Source of the DNA: an uncultured Spirochaetia bacterium
GTDB taxonomy: Bacteria; Oederibacteriota; PGYV01; CAYTNY01
Assembly: GCA_964439215.1 (NCBI GenBank)
Contig: CAYTNY010000002.1
Span: forward strand, 1-56,533
Length of the DNA stretch: 56,533 nucleotides
Direction of reading: 5' to 3'
Positions 39,110 to 48,711 of the stretch are shown here, in pieces (positions within the stretch are counted from its first letter, which is position 1; each line of letters opens with the position of its first letter). Below the pieces are notes generated by a model. That model worked only from the letters and a program-made list of their open reading frames with translations. It was not told the origin of the DNA and did no database searches. Both the position numbers and the translations under genes were made by a program.

Positions 39110-40198
39110 TCACCTCAATTTTAAAGTACTGAGTGTAAACAGCAGAACTATTATCGCAACTATCCAGAAACGCATTATTATCTTCGGCTCCGATATCCCT
39201 TTCAGCTGATAATGATGATGAAGCGGCGCCATTTTAAAAATTCTTTTTTTGGTCATTTTATATGACGTAACCTGCAGAATAACCGATAATACCTCCACCA
39301 CAAATATCATTCCGACAATTAAAAGCAAAATTTCCTGCTTTATAAGTATGGCGATCGTTCCTATAACTCCTCCAAGCATAAGCGCACCCACATCACCCAT
39401 AAAAACCTGTGCGGGATAGGAATTAAACCATAAAAAACCAAGAAGCGCGCCCACAAAAGCGGCGCATACAACCGTCAGTTCACTGCTCTGCAGAATATGG
39501 GTTATAAGCAGATATTCGCTCATATTAACATTTCCTATTATATACGCCATTATGACAAGAGTTACAAAAACAAACAGCGATAAACCCGTAGCAAGACCGT
39601 CAAGGCCATCCGTAAGATTAACGGCATTTGACCATCCTGCTATGACCAATGCGGTAAAGATCACATACAGCCACATGGGAAGATAAAAAGGATCCTTTAT
39701 AAACGGTATATCAACATTTGTTATCCCTTCAATCTTTGTTCCTGAAAAATAAATAAAAACACCTATAACCGCAAAAGCCGACAAGAACTGCAGAGTGAGC
39801 TTTATTTTACCGGGCATCCCCCGCGTCCCCACTTTCAGTTTCATATAATCATCAATAAAACCTATTCCCGCAAACAGAACCGCCGCCATTATTACGATCC
39901 ATACATATGAATTATCAAATCTTCCCCAAAGCGCAATTGATATAATAAATGAAAAAAGAATCATTATTCCGCCCATTGTCGGCGTTCCCTGCTTTATCCT
40001 GTGTTTTTTCGGCCCCTCTTTTCTGATTACCTGATTGATCTTCATTTTTTTCAGTTTTTTTATCACAAAATCACCTATAATAAGAGTCAGTACAAAAGCT
40101 GTTATTGCCGCAAAAGCCGACCGCACGGTAATATACCTGAAAACATTTAAAACCGACATATATTCATACAACGGATAAATAACATGATAAAACATCAA
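39110..40198 (-). CDS. mraY: Phospho-MurNAc-pentapeptide transferase
   Basis: KQGTPTMGG, GFIDD, NAVNLTDGLDG, FMGDVG, MAPLHHH. Confidence 0.98.
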   Translation of the reverse strand: MMFYHVIYPLYEYMSVLNVFRYITVRSAFAAITAFVLTLIIGDFVIKKLKKMKINQVIRKEGPKKHRIKQGTPTMGGIMILFSFIISIALWGRFDNSYVWIVIMAAVLFAGIGFIDDYMKLKVGTRGMPGKIKLTLQFLSAFAVIGVFIYFSGTKIEGITNVDIPFIKDPFYLPMWLYVIFTALVIAGWSNAVNLTDGLDGLATGLSLFVFVTLVIMAYIIGNVNMSEYLLITHILQSSELTVVCAAFVGALLGFLWFNSYPAQVFMGDVGALMLGGVIGTIAILIKQEILLLIVGMIFVVEVLSVILQVTSYKMTKKRIFKMAPLHHHYQLKGISEPKIIMRFWIVAIIVLLFTLSTLKLR

Positions 40199-40213
40199 AC
40201 ACCTCTTCTTCTT

Positions 40214-41557
40214 TTATATTATTTCGTCCAGCTTATTTGCTCTGCTTGCTTTCAGAAACAGGGTATCGCCTTTTTTCATTTCATTCTTCAGTATTTTCTT
40301 TAACTTCATTTTGCTTGCAAATATCCGCACATCGCGGTTATCCGCTCCGGCGGTCTCTGCCAGAAAACCTTTCTTCACATAAAGCGCGTACTTCCCGAAA
40401 ATAAAAACTTTTTTCGGATTCAAAGACGCAAGCATCCGCCCCGCTTCAATATGAGCCTTTTCTGATCCTTTTCCCAGTTCAAGCATATCGCCCGTAACCG
40501 TTATTATATTTTTATATCCTTCATCCTTGATTGTTTCCACGGACGCTCTGAAAGAATCCGGATTTGCGTTGTAGGAATCATTTATGACTCTGATTCCGTC
40601 CGAAACTTTTTCATCAAACCGCATTGATCCCTTCATGCTGAATTTCTTCATTGCTTCTGCCGCGTCATTTAATCCGCATCCCAGTACTGAAGCGGCCGCC
40701 GCTGCCGCGGTTATGTTATAAACATTATGTATCCCTTTAAGCTTTGTTCTTATTTTCTTTTTTCTGCCTTTAAAGCATATATCAAACACCGTGTAACTTT
40801 TTTCTCTGCGTATATTTTTCGCGCGGAATATTCCTTTTTTTATTCCAAAACTTATGATTTTTCTGCCGGCGGTTTTTTCCGCGAAATAATCATAATATCT
40901 GTCATCTTTATTCAGCACCACAGCTCCGTTCTTTTTTATTCCGCTTATTATTTCCGCTTTTGCCGCAGCAATACCTTTTACGCCTCTAAAAAAACCCGCA
41001 TGAGCCCTTCCTACATTTGTTATAGCGGCTGTATCGGGTTTTATTATTCTGACCAGACGCGCAATCTCTCCTTTTCTGTTCATCCCGATCTCCGCAACAA
41101 ACACCTGATGCTTCCTTCTTAATCCGAATATTGTAAGAGGAAGCCCTGTATGATTGTTATAACTTCTTATATTTTTATGCACATAATATTTTTCCGCCAT
41201 TATAGCCGCCAGGATTTCCTTGGTGGTTGTCTTGCCGTTGCTTCCTGTTATTGCGGCTGTCTTCAGTTCCGGAAACTTGGAATAATAATATCCCGCCAGT
41301 TCCAGCAGTGCTTTTTTTGTATCCTTTACTTTCAGCATTCCCGGTGCGTCATACATTTCATTGATAATCACCGCTGCTTTTTTTTTCACGGCATTCTTAA
41401 TAAACTTGTGTCCGTCTGTGCTTTCGCCTTTAAGAGCAAAAAACACGCTTCCTTTAACCAGACTTCTGGTATCAATAGATATACCTTTCACACGGCTGTT
41501 CTTTCCTTTATACACTTTTGAAAAAAACTCATAAATTTCTTTAACAGTAAGCTCCAC
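40214..41557 (-). CDS. murF: UDP-MurNAc-tripeptide--D-Ala-D-Ala ligase
   Basis: SIDTR, TGSNGKTT, EIGMN, NDSYNANP, GDMLELG, KASR. Confidence 0.96.
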   Translation of the reverse strand: MELTVKEIYEFFSKVYKGKNSRVKGISIDTRSLVKGSVFFALKGESTDGHKFIKNAVKKKAAVIINEMYDAPGMLKVKDTKKALLELAGYYYSKFPELKTAAITGSNGKTTTKEILAAIMAEKYYVHKNIRSYNNHTGLPLTIFGLRRKHQVFVAEIGMNRKGEIARLVRIIKPDTAAITNVGRAHAGFFRGVKGIAAAKAEIISGIKKNGAVVLNKDDRYYDYFAEKTAGRKIISFGIKKGIFRAKNIRREKSYTVFDICFKGRKKKIRTKLKGIHNVYNITAAAAAASVLGCGLNDAAEAMKKFSMKGSMRFDEKVSDGIRVINDSYNANPDSFRASVETIKDEGYKNIITVTGDMLELGKGSEKAHIEAGRMLASLNPKKVFIFGKYALYVKKGFLAETAGADNRDVRIFASKMKLKKILKNEMKKGDTLFLKASRANKLDEII

Positions 41558-44516
41558 TTTTTCCCTTTCCGGTTCTTTTATTTTTACCGCTGTTTATCCT
41601 CTGTATGGTTCTCATGATTACCGGCCTTTCATCCAATCTTACATACTTTCCCTTTATTTCCTGATAATTGCTGTGCCCTTTTCCTGTAATCAGTACGATA
41701 CCGCCTTTATCCGCGGTTACTATCCCTTTTTCAACAGCTTTTTTCCGGTCATATTCTATCTCTGCTTTTTCGGGGTGTTTCATTCCCGACAGGATCCCTT
41801 TTATAATTGCACTTGGCTCTTCAAACCTCGGATTATCTGTGGTTAAAATAATTCTATCGGCAAGTTTCTCCGCAATCCTTCCCATAATGGGCCTTTTCCC
41901 TTTATCTCTGTTCCCGGACACTCCCAGAACAAGCGTAATATTATTTTCTTTTATCTGGTTGAGCGTCTGAAGCACTTTTTCCAGACCGTCCGGAGTATGC
42001 GCAAAATCCATAAATACCTTCATATCTCCGGAATATACTTTTTCCATGCGCCCTTTAACCCCTTGGAACTTCATGAGTGCTGTTTTTATTTCTTTAAGGT
42101 CCATAAAGCCTTCTAGCGCACCGGCTGCGGCAAGAATATTGTATATATTATGTTCTCCTATAAGCTGTGTTTTAATCTTTATTTTTCTTTTCCCCGATAA
42201 AATCATAAACTCAGAACCTTGCCCGCAAACCCTGCATTCCGCCGCTTTAATATCGTTTTTCCGGCTCTTTATTCCGTACCTGACAATCTCTATATCAGCA
42301 GACCTTATTTTCGAAAATTTTCCGGCGCTGTTCTTGTCATCCGCATTCAGCACCAGTCTGCCGCCGGGCTCTACGGCTTCAGCGATACTCATCTTTACAT
42401 TTATATACTTCCCTATATCCGCATGATAATCCAGATGCTCCCTTGTAATATTTGTTATCACTGCGGTATCAAATTTCAGATTTTCCACACGCCCCTGGTC
42501 CAGGGCATGGGAAGAAACCTCCATAACCAGATATTTCACCCCTGCCCTCAGAGCCTTTTCAGCTATCCTGCAGATTTGAAGTTTTGAAGGCGTTGTATTT
42601 ACCGCCTTATAATTTTTTCTGCCGTCCGAATAATTTATAGTGCCTATGAATGCCGGATTTTTTTTTGTTTTTTCCTTTATTAAAAAGGCGATCAAAGAGG
42701 AAACTGTTGTCTTCCCGTTTGTCCCCGTCACTCCTATTATTTTTATTTTTTCAAGCACCTCTTTGTAATATATATCAATCATACCGGAAAAAGCTTTTTT
42801 TGTATCACTGACCTGTATGACCGTCATTCCTTTCGGCGCCTTTACTTTTTCCTGCACAACTGCGGCGCAGGCTCCGTTTTCAAAAGCTTCGCGTATATAT
42901 TTATGTCCGTTTGTTTTTATGCCTTTCACACATACAAAAACACTCCCTTTTTTCGCGCCGCCCGAAAACTCCTCTATTGAAGATATTTCCGCCATATCAC
43001 TGCCCTGAATAACTTTATAAGAATTCTCATTCCCCAAAATATCAATAAGCCTGGTCCGTCTGTCCTTTACTGCCTTTTCCGCTTCAAAAATGTCATCAAA
43101 CGGATACCGCTTTCCTTTAATCTCCTGATATGTTTCATGCCCTTTGCCCAGTATCACAACGATGTCTTTTTCTCCGGCGTTTTTAACACCGAGACGTATG
43201 GCTTTCCTCCTGTTTGATTCTATTTTAAACTTTTCTTTTTGTTTTATTCCGGAAACAATATCTTTTATTATATTCTCCGGCTTCTCGTCTCTTGGATTAT
43301 CAGAAGTAACTATTATGCGATCGCTGAAATCCCCGGCAATTTTCCCCATGATCATTCTTTTGCCCTTATCCCTGTTTCCGCCGGCGCCAAAGACCGTTAT
43401 TATTTTACCGCTGCCCAGCGCTCTTAATTTCTGCAGGACTTTTTTCATTGAATCCGGGGTATGCGCAAAATCAACGATCACCCTGCATTTTTCTGTTTCA
43501 ATCGTCTCCATCCGTCCTTTTACAGCCTCGAATTTTTTTACTGCCTTCTGCATATCTTTAATATTAACCTTATCGCACACAACACCTGCAGCCGCCATTA
43601 TATTGCTTATGTTATGCTCCCCTATAAGTCTTGTTTTAAATGGATATTGTTTCCCTTCTGTTTCCAGTATAAATTCAGAACCATTCAGGCCTGACTTATG
43701 TTTCAAAACTCTTATATCCGCCTTTTTTCCAAACGAAAAAGTAATTACCTTCACGCCTTTTTTTTCCGCTTCTTTCATAGCCGGAACAAAAGAACTATCG
43801 TCGCGGTTCAGTACAAGAATCCCGCCGTCTTTTATTTTGGATATTATCTTAAGTTTTGATCTTATATAATTATTCCGCGTTCTGTGATAGTCAATATGAT
43901 CCCTGGTGATATTGGTTATCACTGCCGCGTCAAACTTTATGTTTTCAACTCTTCCCTGTGAAAGCGCATGCGAAGAAACCTCCATTATAATATTTTTTAT
44001 TTTTTTCTCCGCGGATCTTCTTATAATCTTATTTACAACAAGATTTGACGGTGTTGTTGTTGCTGCCGGATATTTTTTATTCCCTATTTTATATCCCACT
44101 GTTCCTATTACTGTATTTTCTCCGTGCGTTTTGCTTTTAATCATTGCGTCCGCAATATAGGAAACTGTTGTTTTCCCGTTTGTTCCCGTTATGCCTATGA
44201 CCGATACTTTTCTCCTGTCATCGGCGTATATTTTCTCAACTGCTTTCAAAAGAGCCTTTTTTGTATTTGCTACCCGTATTATATTTATATTTTTATCCCT
44301 GACTGCTGTCTTTTTTTCAACGATTACCGCCCCGGCTTTTTTCCGGGCCGCTTCAGCGGCAAAAATATGCCCGTCTGTTTTAAACCCGCGTATACAGAAA
44401 AAGGCCGAACCTTTTTTTATCTGCTCTGAAGATTCTTCTATTCCGGACACAAACGCTTCATCGGTTCCCTGTTCAACTTTATATTTTATCCCTTCAAGTA
44501 TATCTTTTATTTTCAC
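41541..44516 (-). CDS. murE: Tandem double MurE (two complete UDP-MurNAc-dipeptide--diamino-acid ligase modules in one 991-aa ORF)
   Basis: Two copies each of TGTNGKTT, TTP, MEVSSHAL, HxDYH, GRME, DFAHTPD, GNRDKGKR, DNPR and GKGH. GTG start at 44516 with GGAGG RBS, overlapping the ftsI stop. Junction near 43055. Confidence 0.95.
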   Translation of the reverse strand: MKIKDILEGIKYKVEQGTDEAFVSGIEESSEQIKKGSAFFCIRGFKTDGHIFAAEAARKKAGAVIVEKKTAVRDKNINIIRVANTKKALLKAVEKIYADDRRKVSVIGITGTNGKTTVSYIADAMIKSKTHGENTVIGTVGYKIGNKKYPAATTTPSNLVVNKIIRRSAEKKIKNIIMEVSSHALSQGRVENIKFDAAVITNITRDHIDYHRTRNNYIRSKLKIISKIKDGGILVLNRDDSSFVPAMKEAEKKGVKVITFSFGKKADIRVLKHKSGLNGSEFILETEGKQYPFKTRLIGEHNISNIMAAAGVVCDKVNIKDMQKAVKKFEAVKGRMETIETEKCRVIVDFAHTPDSMKKVLQKLRALGSGKIITVFGAGGNRDKGKRMIMGKIAGDFSDRIIVTSDNPRDEKPENIIKDIVSGIKQKEKFKIESNRRKAIRLGVKNAGEKDIVVILGKGHETYQEIKGKRYPFDDIFEAEKAVKDRRTRLIDILGNENSYKVIQGSDMAEISSIEEFSGGAKKGSVFVCVKGIKTNGHKYIREAFENGACAAVVQEKVKAPKGMTVIQVSDTKKAFSGMIDIYYKEVLEKIKIIGVTGTNGKTTVSSLIAFLIKEKTKKNPAFIGTINYSDGRKNYKAVNTTPSKLQICRIAEKALRAGVKYLVMEVSSHALDQGRVENLKFDTAVITNITREHLDYHADIGKYINVKMSIAEAVEPGGRLVLNADDKNSAGKFSKIRSADIEIVRYGIKSRKNDIKAAECRVCGQGSEFMILSGKRKIKIKTQLIGEHNIYNILAAAGALEGFMDLKEIKTALMKFQGVKGRMEKVYSGDMKVFMDFAHTPDGLEKVLQTLNQIKENNITLVLGVSGNRDKGKRPIMGRIAEKLADRIILTTDNPRFEEPSAIIKGILSGMKHPEKAEIEYDRKKAVEKGIVTADKGGIVLITGKGHSNYQEIKGKYVRLDERPVIMRTIQRINSGKNKRTGKGKSGAYC

Positions 44517-46624
44517 AGGTCCTCCTTCAGCCCAAAACTTACGCTGCATTCGCTTCCTTTTGCGACGGCAACACCCGGTCCGGGTTTCTGCCGCACGGCA
44601 AAGCCGCTGCCCTGCACTTTCACTTTCAATCCCATTTCTTCCATGATCCGGAGTGTCTTTCTTATACTCATGCCTTTTAAATCAGGCATATAAACCCTTA
44701 ATCTGTTTTCATCCAGTTTATCGCCCAGATAAAGATTTATTCTTTCCCCCGGCTCCAATTTAACACCGGGTTCCGGACTCTGTCTTATGACAAAATGCCC
44801 GTATCCATACCGTGAAAAACTTACTTTTTTTTCATTCAGATGATCCCGTACTTCTATATATCTTTTCATTCTCATTTCAGGCACTTGAAAACTGACATAT
44901 GGTTTTTCCTCCGGCGTATCTGCCGATTCAATTTTTCTGCCTGATGTTATTTTCATATATGATATTATATTCTCGCTTATTTTCTTAAAAACAGGGGCAG
45001 CGGCATCGCCGCCGTAATAAACAGGTTTCGGCTCGTCAAGAACCACAAGCGCAAGAACCTTCGCTTTTTCCGCGGGCAGAAACCCCGCAAACGAAGCAAC
45101 ATAGGAGCCTTTCATATATCCCCTCCCGTTTTTTCTGTGCTTTTGAGCGGTTCCTGTTTTCCCCGCGACATTATATCCCGTTATGGCCGCCTTCCTGCCC
45201 GTGCCGTCCTCTTTAACCGCTTCCGAAAGCATATATATAAGACGTTCGTTTATATCTCCGGGAATCAGCCTTTTGCTTCTTCTGTTCCTGCTTTTAAATA
45301 TAACTTTATTATTTCTTTCAATTCTATCTACAATATGCGGATTAATATCATATCCGCCGTTCGCGATTACAGCATAAGCCTTCGCGAGCTGAACGGCTGT
45401 TACCGCAACTTCCTGTCCATACGGAATAGATGTAAGCGTCGTATTGTCCCAATCTCTGTAATGCCTTAAAATCCCCCGGGCCTCTCCGGGTATTTCTATG
45501 CCTGTTTTTTTTCCAAATCCAAATCCGGCATATTCTTTATACAAATTGGACTGCTTCAATCTTAATGCAATATTTACCATGCCTATATTTGAGGAATACT
45601 TTATTACCTCCGGAAGCGTAAGCCATTCGTATTCTTCGTGGTCATTTACATTTCGGTCAAAAAACATCTGCCTGCCGGAGCCGCAATGTACCTTATAATC
45701 CTTTACGTCCTTAAATTCCCTCAGAAACGCCGACATAGTAAATATTTTAAAAGTGGAACCCGGTTCAAATATATCCACTACAGCCGTATTTCTTCTTGCG
45801 GCATTGGAATAATCGCCGAAATTATTCAGATCAAAAGCAGGGTAATTCGCCAGCGCAAGTATGGCCCCTGTATCCGGTTCCATAATTATAACACTCCCTT
45901 TTTCGGCGTTATATTTTTCCGCTATTTTATTTAATTCTTTCTCCGCAAAACGCTGGATAGTTGCATCGAGAGTAAGATAAACATCCGCGCCTTTTTCCGC
46001 TTTCTTTATATTTACAGGTTTAAGATTTATCGCCCTTCTTCTTGCATCCCTTCTGATAACCGTTCTGCCTGTTTTTCCGCGCAGATATTTTTCCATTTCT
46101 CGTTCTATCCCTTCAAGACCTTTATTATCCATGCCCGCAAATCCTATTACATGCGCAGCCGTATCTCCCAGCGGATAGAATCTTTTTTCTTCACTTTGAG
46201 AAAAAATACCCTTTATTCCCGCATTCAGAATCTCATCCGCGGTTTCAGGATTTACTTTTCTCTTGATATAAGAAAAACTTCTGTATCCGGATATCTTCCT
46301 GTATGCCGCTCCATAAGATATACCCAGTTTATGAGCAAGCAGATTTGCCGCCTTTTTTTTATTTTTTATAAGCATTGGCGCGGCGCATATGGATTCTGTT
46401 CTTACGCTCATTGCCAGTGTTCTTCCGTTTCGGTCAAATATATTCCCTCTTCCATACTGCTTCTTTTCAGTTGAAAGATGCATTGCGCGGGCTTTCCTTT
46501 TAAAAAAGTCATGTTTTATGACCTGCAGCCAGATAAGCCTTGCCGCAACCAGAGCCATAATGATCACAAAAAAACCGAATACAAACTCTATTCTTCTGTT
46601 GCAGCTTTTCTGCGTATCTTTCAT
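44513..46624 (-). CDS. ftsI: Class B penicillin-binding protein FtsI with two C-terminal PASTA-like domains
   Basis: RGNIFDRNG, RFYP, EPGSTFK (SxxK), SSN, GKTGTAQ, VPEM.../MPDLKG...QKPGPG. Confidence 0.96.
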   Translation of the reverse strand: MKDTQKSCNRRIEFVFGFFVIIMALVAARLIWLQVIKHDFFKRKARAMHLSTEKKQYGRGNIFDRNGRTLAMSVRTESICAAPMLIKNKKKAANLLAHKLGISYGAAYRKISGYRSFSYIKRKVNPETADEILNAGIKGIFSQSEEKRFYPLGDTAAHVIGFAGMDNKGLEGIEREMEKYLRGKTGRTVIRRDARRRAINLKPVNIKKAEKGADVYLTLDATIQRFAEKELNKIAEKYNAEKGSVIIMEPDTGAILALANYPAFDLNNFGDYSNAARRNTAVVDIFEPGSTFKIFTMSAFLREFKDVKDYKVHCGSGRQMFFDRNVNDHEEYEWLTLPEVIKYSSNIGMVNIALRLKQSNLYKEYAGFGFGKKTGIEIPGEARGILRHYRDWDNTTLTSIPYGQEVAVTAVQLAKAYAVIANGGYDINPHIVDRIERNNKVIFKSRNRRSKRLIPGDINERLIYMLSEAVKEDGTGRKAAITGYNVAGKTGTAQKHRKNGRGYMKGSYVASFAGFLPAEKAKVLALVVLDEPKPVYYGGDAAAPVFKKISENIISYMKITSGRKIESADTPEEKPYVSFQVPEMRMKRYIEVRDHLNEKKVSFSRYGYGHFVIRQSPEPGVKLEPGERINLYLGDKLDENRLRVYMPDLKGMSIRKTLRIMEEMGLKVKVQGSGFAVRQKPGPGVAVAKGSECSVSFGLKEDL

Positions 46625-46651
46625 TTTTCGCCCTTTTCAGGCTTCAAGCCT

Positions 46652-47023
46652 CTATCCCCGGCTTATGAAGCCCTTGATTTTTTCCAGCAAACTTTTTTCT
46701 TTTTGTATTACATAAATATCGCCCGTTCCTGCTCTTTTAAATCCGTATCTTTCTATAGCCACTTTTTCCATGGCTTCTCCTGATATAAGAGTTTCCATCC
46801 GCCAGTTTAAACGGCGGTTTTCAGCCAAAAGCTCTTCCTTTTTTCCAATAAGTTCATTTATGTCATAATTCATTTTTACACTTTTTATCTGCAGCCATAC
46901 ATAAAAAAATACAGGTATAAACAACAGAATCACCAGCCAGAGCACTGTATTCCCCTGCCTGCGCGAACTATATGTATGTTTTGAAGCCGTGCCTCTGAAA
47001 AACTTTTTTGAAAACTCAGCCAT
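46652..47023 (-). CDS. ftsL: Cell division protein FtsL-like
   Basis: Between rsmH and ftsI; one TM followed by a coiled coil (INELIGKKEELLAENRRLNWRMETL...MEKVAIERYG); ATG 47023 with GGAGA RBS. Confidence 0.8.
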   Translation of the reverse strand: MAEFSKKFFRGTASKHTYSSRRQGNTVLWLVILLFIPVFFYVWLQIKSVKMNYDINELIGKKEELLAENRRLNWRMETLISGEAMEKVAIERYGFKRAGTGDIYVIQKEKSLLEKIKGFISRG

Positions 47024-47036
47024 TTCTCCGGATCCT

Positions 47037-47918
47037 TTATGTTTTTTCGGCCGCGCGGAGTTTTGCGCTTCTGGACCTTGGATTAACCCGTTTTTCATCA
47101 TCAGCCGGGCGCACCGGCTTCTTTGTCAATACCAGAAGTTCTCCGCCGTTTTTATTCATATTTTTTTTAAAAAAATTCTTCACAATTCTGTCTTCCAGGG
47201 AATGGAACGATATAACGCATATCCTCGCGCCTTTCCCCAGATACGGCAAAACAGCAGCAAGGCTGTTTTCAATCTCATTAAGTTCATCATTAACTTCAAT
47301 CCTTATCCCCTGAAAAACTTTTGTCGCCGGGTGTATCTTTTCCATGCCTTTTTTTGCGTCTGCAATTATTTCCGCAAGTTCTCCCGTTGTTTTAACGGGC
47401 CTGCGCCTCATTATCGCGGATACAATTCTTTCATACTGCCATTCTTCTCCGTAATCACGCAGCACCCTTTCAAGATCCGCTCTATTATATGAGTTCACAA
47501 CATCATACGCCGTGAGCCCGGATTTCCTGTTCATTCTCATATCAAGCGGTGCGTCAGCGGAAAACGAAAATCCTCTTTTTGCACTGTCAAAATGCAGGCT
47601 GGATACTCCAAGATCATATATTATTCCGTTTATCTGCTCTATCCCTCTTTTGCTTAAAACTCCGGCAATTTCCGAGAACTCCGAATGAATTACTTCGGCG
47701 TTTGTATGTTTTTTAAGCCTTTCCCGGGTTATTTCAAGAGCCTGTTCGTCCCTGTCCATACTTAGCAAAACGGCTTCGTCCGACATATTTTCCAGTATTT
47801 TCTCACTATGTCCTCCGAAGCCCGCTGTTGCATCTACCCAGACGCCTTTTTTTTCTTTTACAACATCCAGATATTGTATTGTTTCTCCGAGCAATACACT
47901 TTTATGCTCTATTGTCAT
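47037..47918 (-). CDS. rsmH: 16S rRNA m4C1402 methyltransferase
   Basis: HKSVLL, DATAGFGGHS, DLGVSS, PLDMRM, HPATKVFQGIRI, SFHSLEDR, NPRSRSAKLR. Confidence 0.98.
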   Translation of the reverse strand: MTIEHKSVLLGETIQYLDVVKEKKGVWVDATAGFGGHSEKILENMSDEAVLLSMDRDEQALEITRERLKKHTNAEVIHSEFSEIAGVLSKRGIEQINGIIYDLGVSSLHFDSAKRGFSFSADAPLDMRMNRKSGLTAYDVVNSYNRADLERVLRDYGEEWQYERIVSAIMRRRPVKTTGELAEIIADAKKGMEKIHPATKVFQGIRIEVNDELNEIENSLAAVLPYLGKGARICVISFHSLEDRIVKNFFKKNMNKNGGELLVLTKKPVRPADDEKRVNPRSRSAKLRAAEKT

Positions 47919-48256
47919 ATAAGGCTTGAAAAAGCCATTATTGCCTCTTCTTCGTTGTTGTAGAATTCAAATTCACCCCAGTAACCCGCATATATAAACA
48001 GGTTTCTGACGTATTCGCTGCTTCCGATTATTTTTATGTCGCCTCCGAGGTTTCTGGCTCTTTCTTTCCTTTCATTAAGATATTCAATTCCGCTTACATT
48101 CAGATGGGTGACCCCGGAAAAATCCAGGACAAAGAAAAACTGTTCCTGTTCTATACATGAACTGATTATGCCTTTCAGCGCCAGTATATCTTCTATGTCA
48201 ATTTCCCCTTTTAGTATAAGAAGCACCGCTTTTTTACTTGAAGTCTTTACGCTCAT
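47915..48256 (-). CDS. STAS-domain protein (anti-sigma-factor antagonist-like)
   Basis: LKGEIDI...VLDFSGVTHLNVSGIEYL...GGDIKII...VRNLF...EEEAI; AGGAG RBS; stop overlaps the rsmH start. Confidence 0.9.
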   Translation of the reverse strand: MSVKTSSKKAVLLILKGEIDIEDILALKGIISSCIEQEQFFFVLDFSGVTHLNVSGIEYLNERKERARNLGGDIKIIGSSEYVRNLFIYAGYWGEFEFYNNEEEAIMAFSSLI

Positions 48257-48268
48257 TTAAATCTCCTT

Positions 48269-48694
48269 TCATTCTTTGTAGTATTTTTCATATTCATTCT
48301 CGTCCCATATATAAAATCTGTTTCCGCCGCCTACAAATACCGCTTTCTTTGATATGCCGGCATACTCTCTGAGTTTTGCCGGAACAAGGATCCTTCCGCT
48401 TTTATCTATTTTCTGATCCGAAGCATCCGATAATTTAATGTTTACATACTTTAAATCCTCAGAAGAATCATCAAGCTTGAGATTCTTTGAATATTCCTCC
48501 ATCATCCTTGCCCATTCTTCCGCGGGTATAGCCTCTATACATTTTTCTTTTGACTTTACAAGCACAATAACATTTCTGTATTCGGGATCAGACGCAGTCT
48601 GTTCAATATTTTTCTTATACTTAGAAGGTATTGACACCCTGCCTTTTTCATCCAGACTGTGCTCAAAAGTACCTAAAAAACCAAGTTTTAACAA
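48269..48694 (-). CDS. mraZ: Division/cell wall cluster transcriptional repressor MraZ
   Basis: Two DxxGR motifs (DEKGRVSIP, DKSGRILVP); FVGGGNRFYIWD; TTG start with AGGAG RBS. Confidence 0.95.
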   Translation of the reverse strand: MLKLGFLGTFEHSLDEKGRVSIPSKYKKNIEQTASDPEYRNVIVLVKSKEKCIEAIPAEEWARMMEEYSKNLKLDDSSEDLKYVNIKLSDASDQKIDKSGRILVPAKLREYAGISKKAVFVGGGNRFYIWDENEYEKYYKE

Positions 48695-48711
48695 ATTTCA
48701 ACAACTCCTTT

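Noticed and set aside
13958-44516. Idea that beta-lysine from KamA feeds the variant MurE module
   Set aside because: The loci are about 25 kb apart, ablB already accounts for beta-lysine use, and module 2 keeps the DNPR carboxylate-binding motif. There is no sequence support.
41541-44549. ORF-track ATG start at 44549, and MurE-MurF as the identity of the fusion
   Set aside because: GTG at 44516 has the GGAGG RBS and aligns with the module start. The second half has MurE motifs (DFAHTPD, DNPR), not the MurF motifs (NDSYNANP, GDMLELG), which occur in the next gene.
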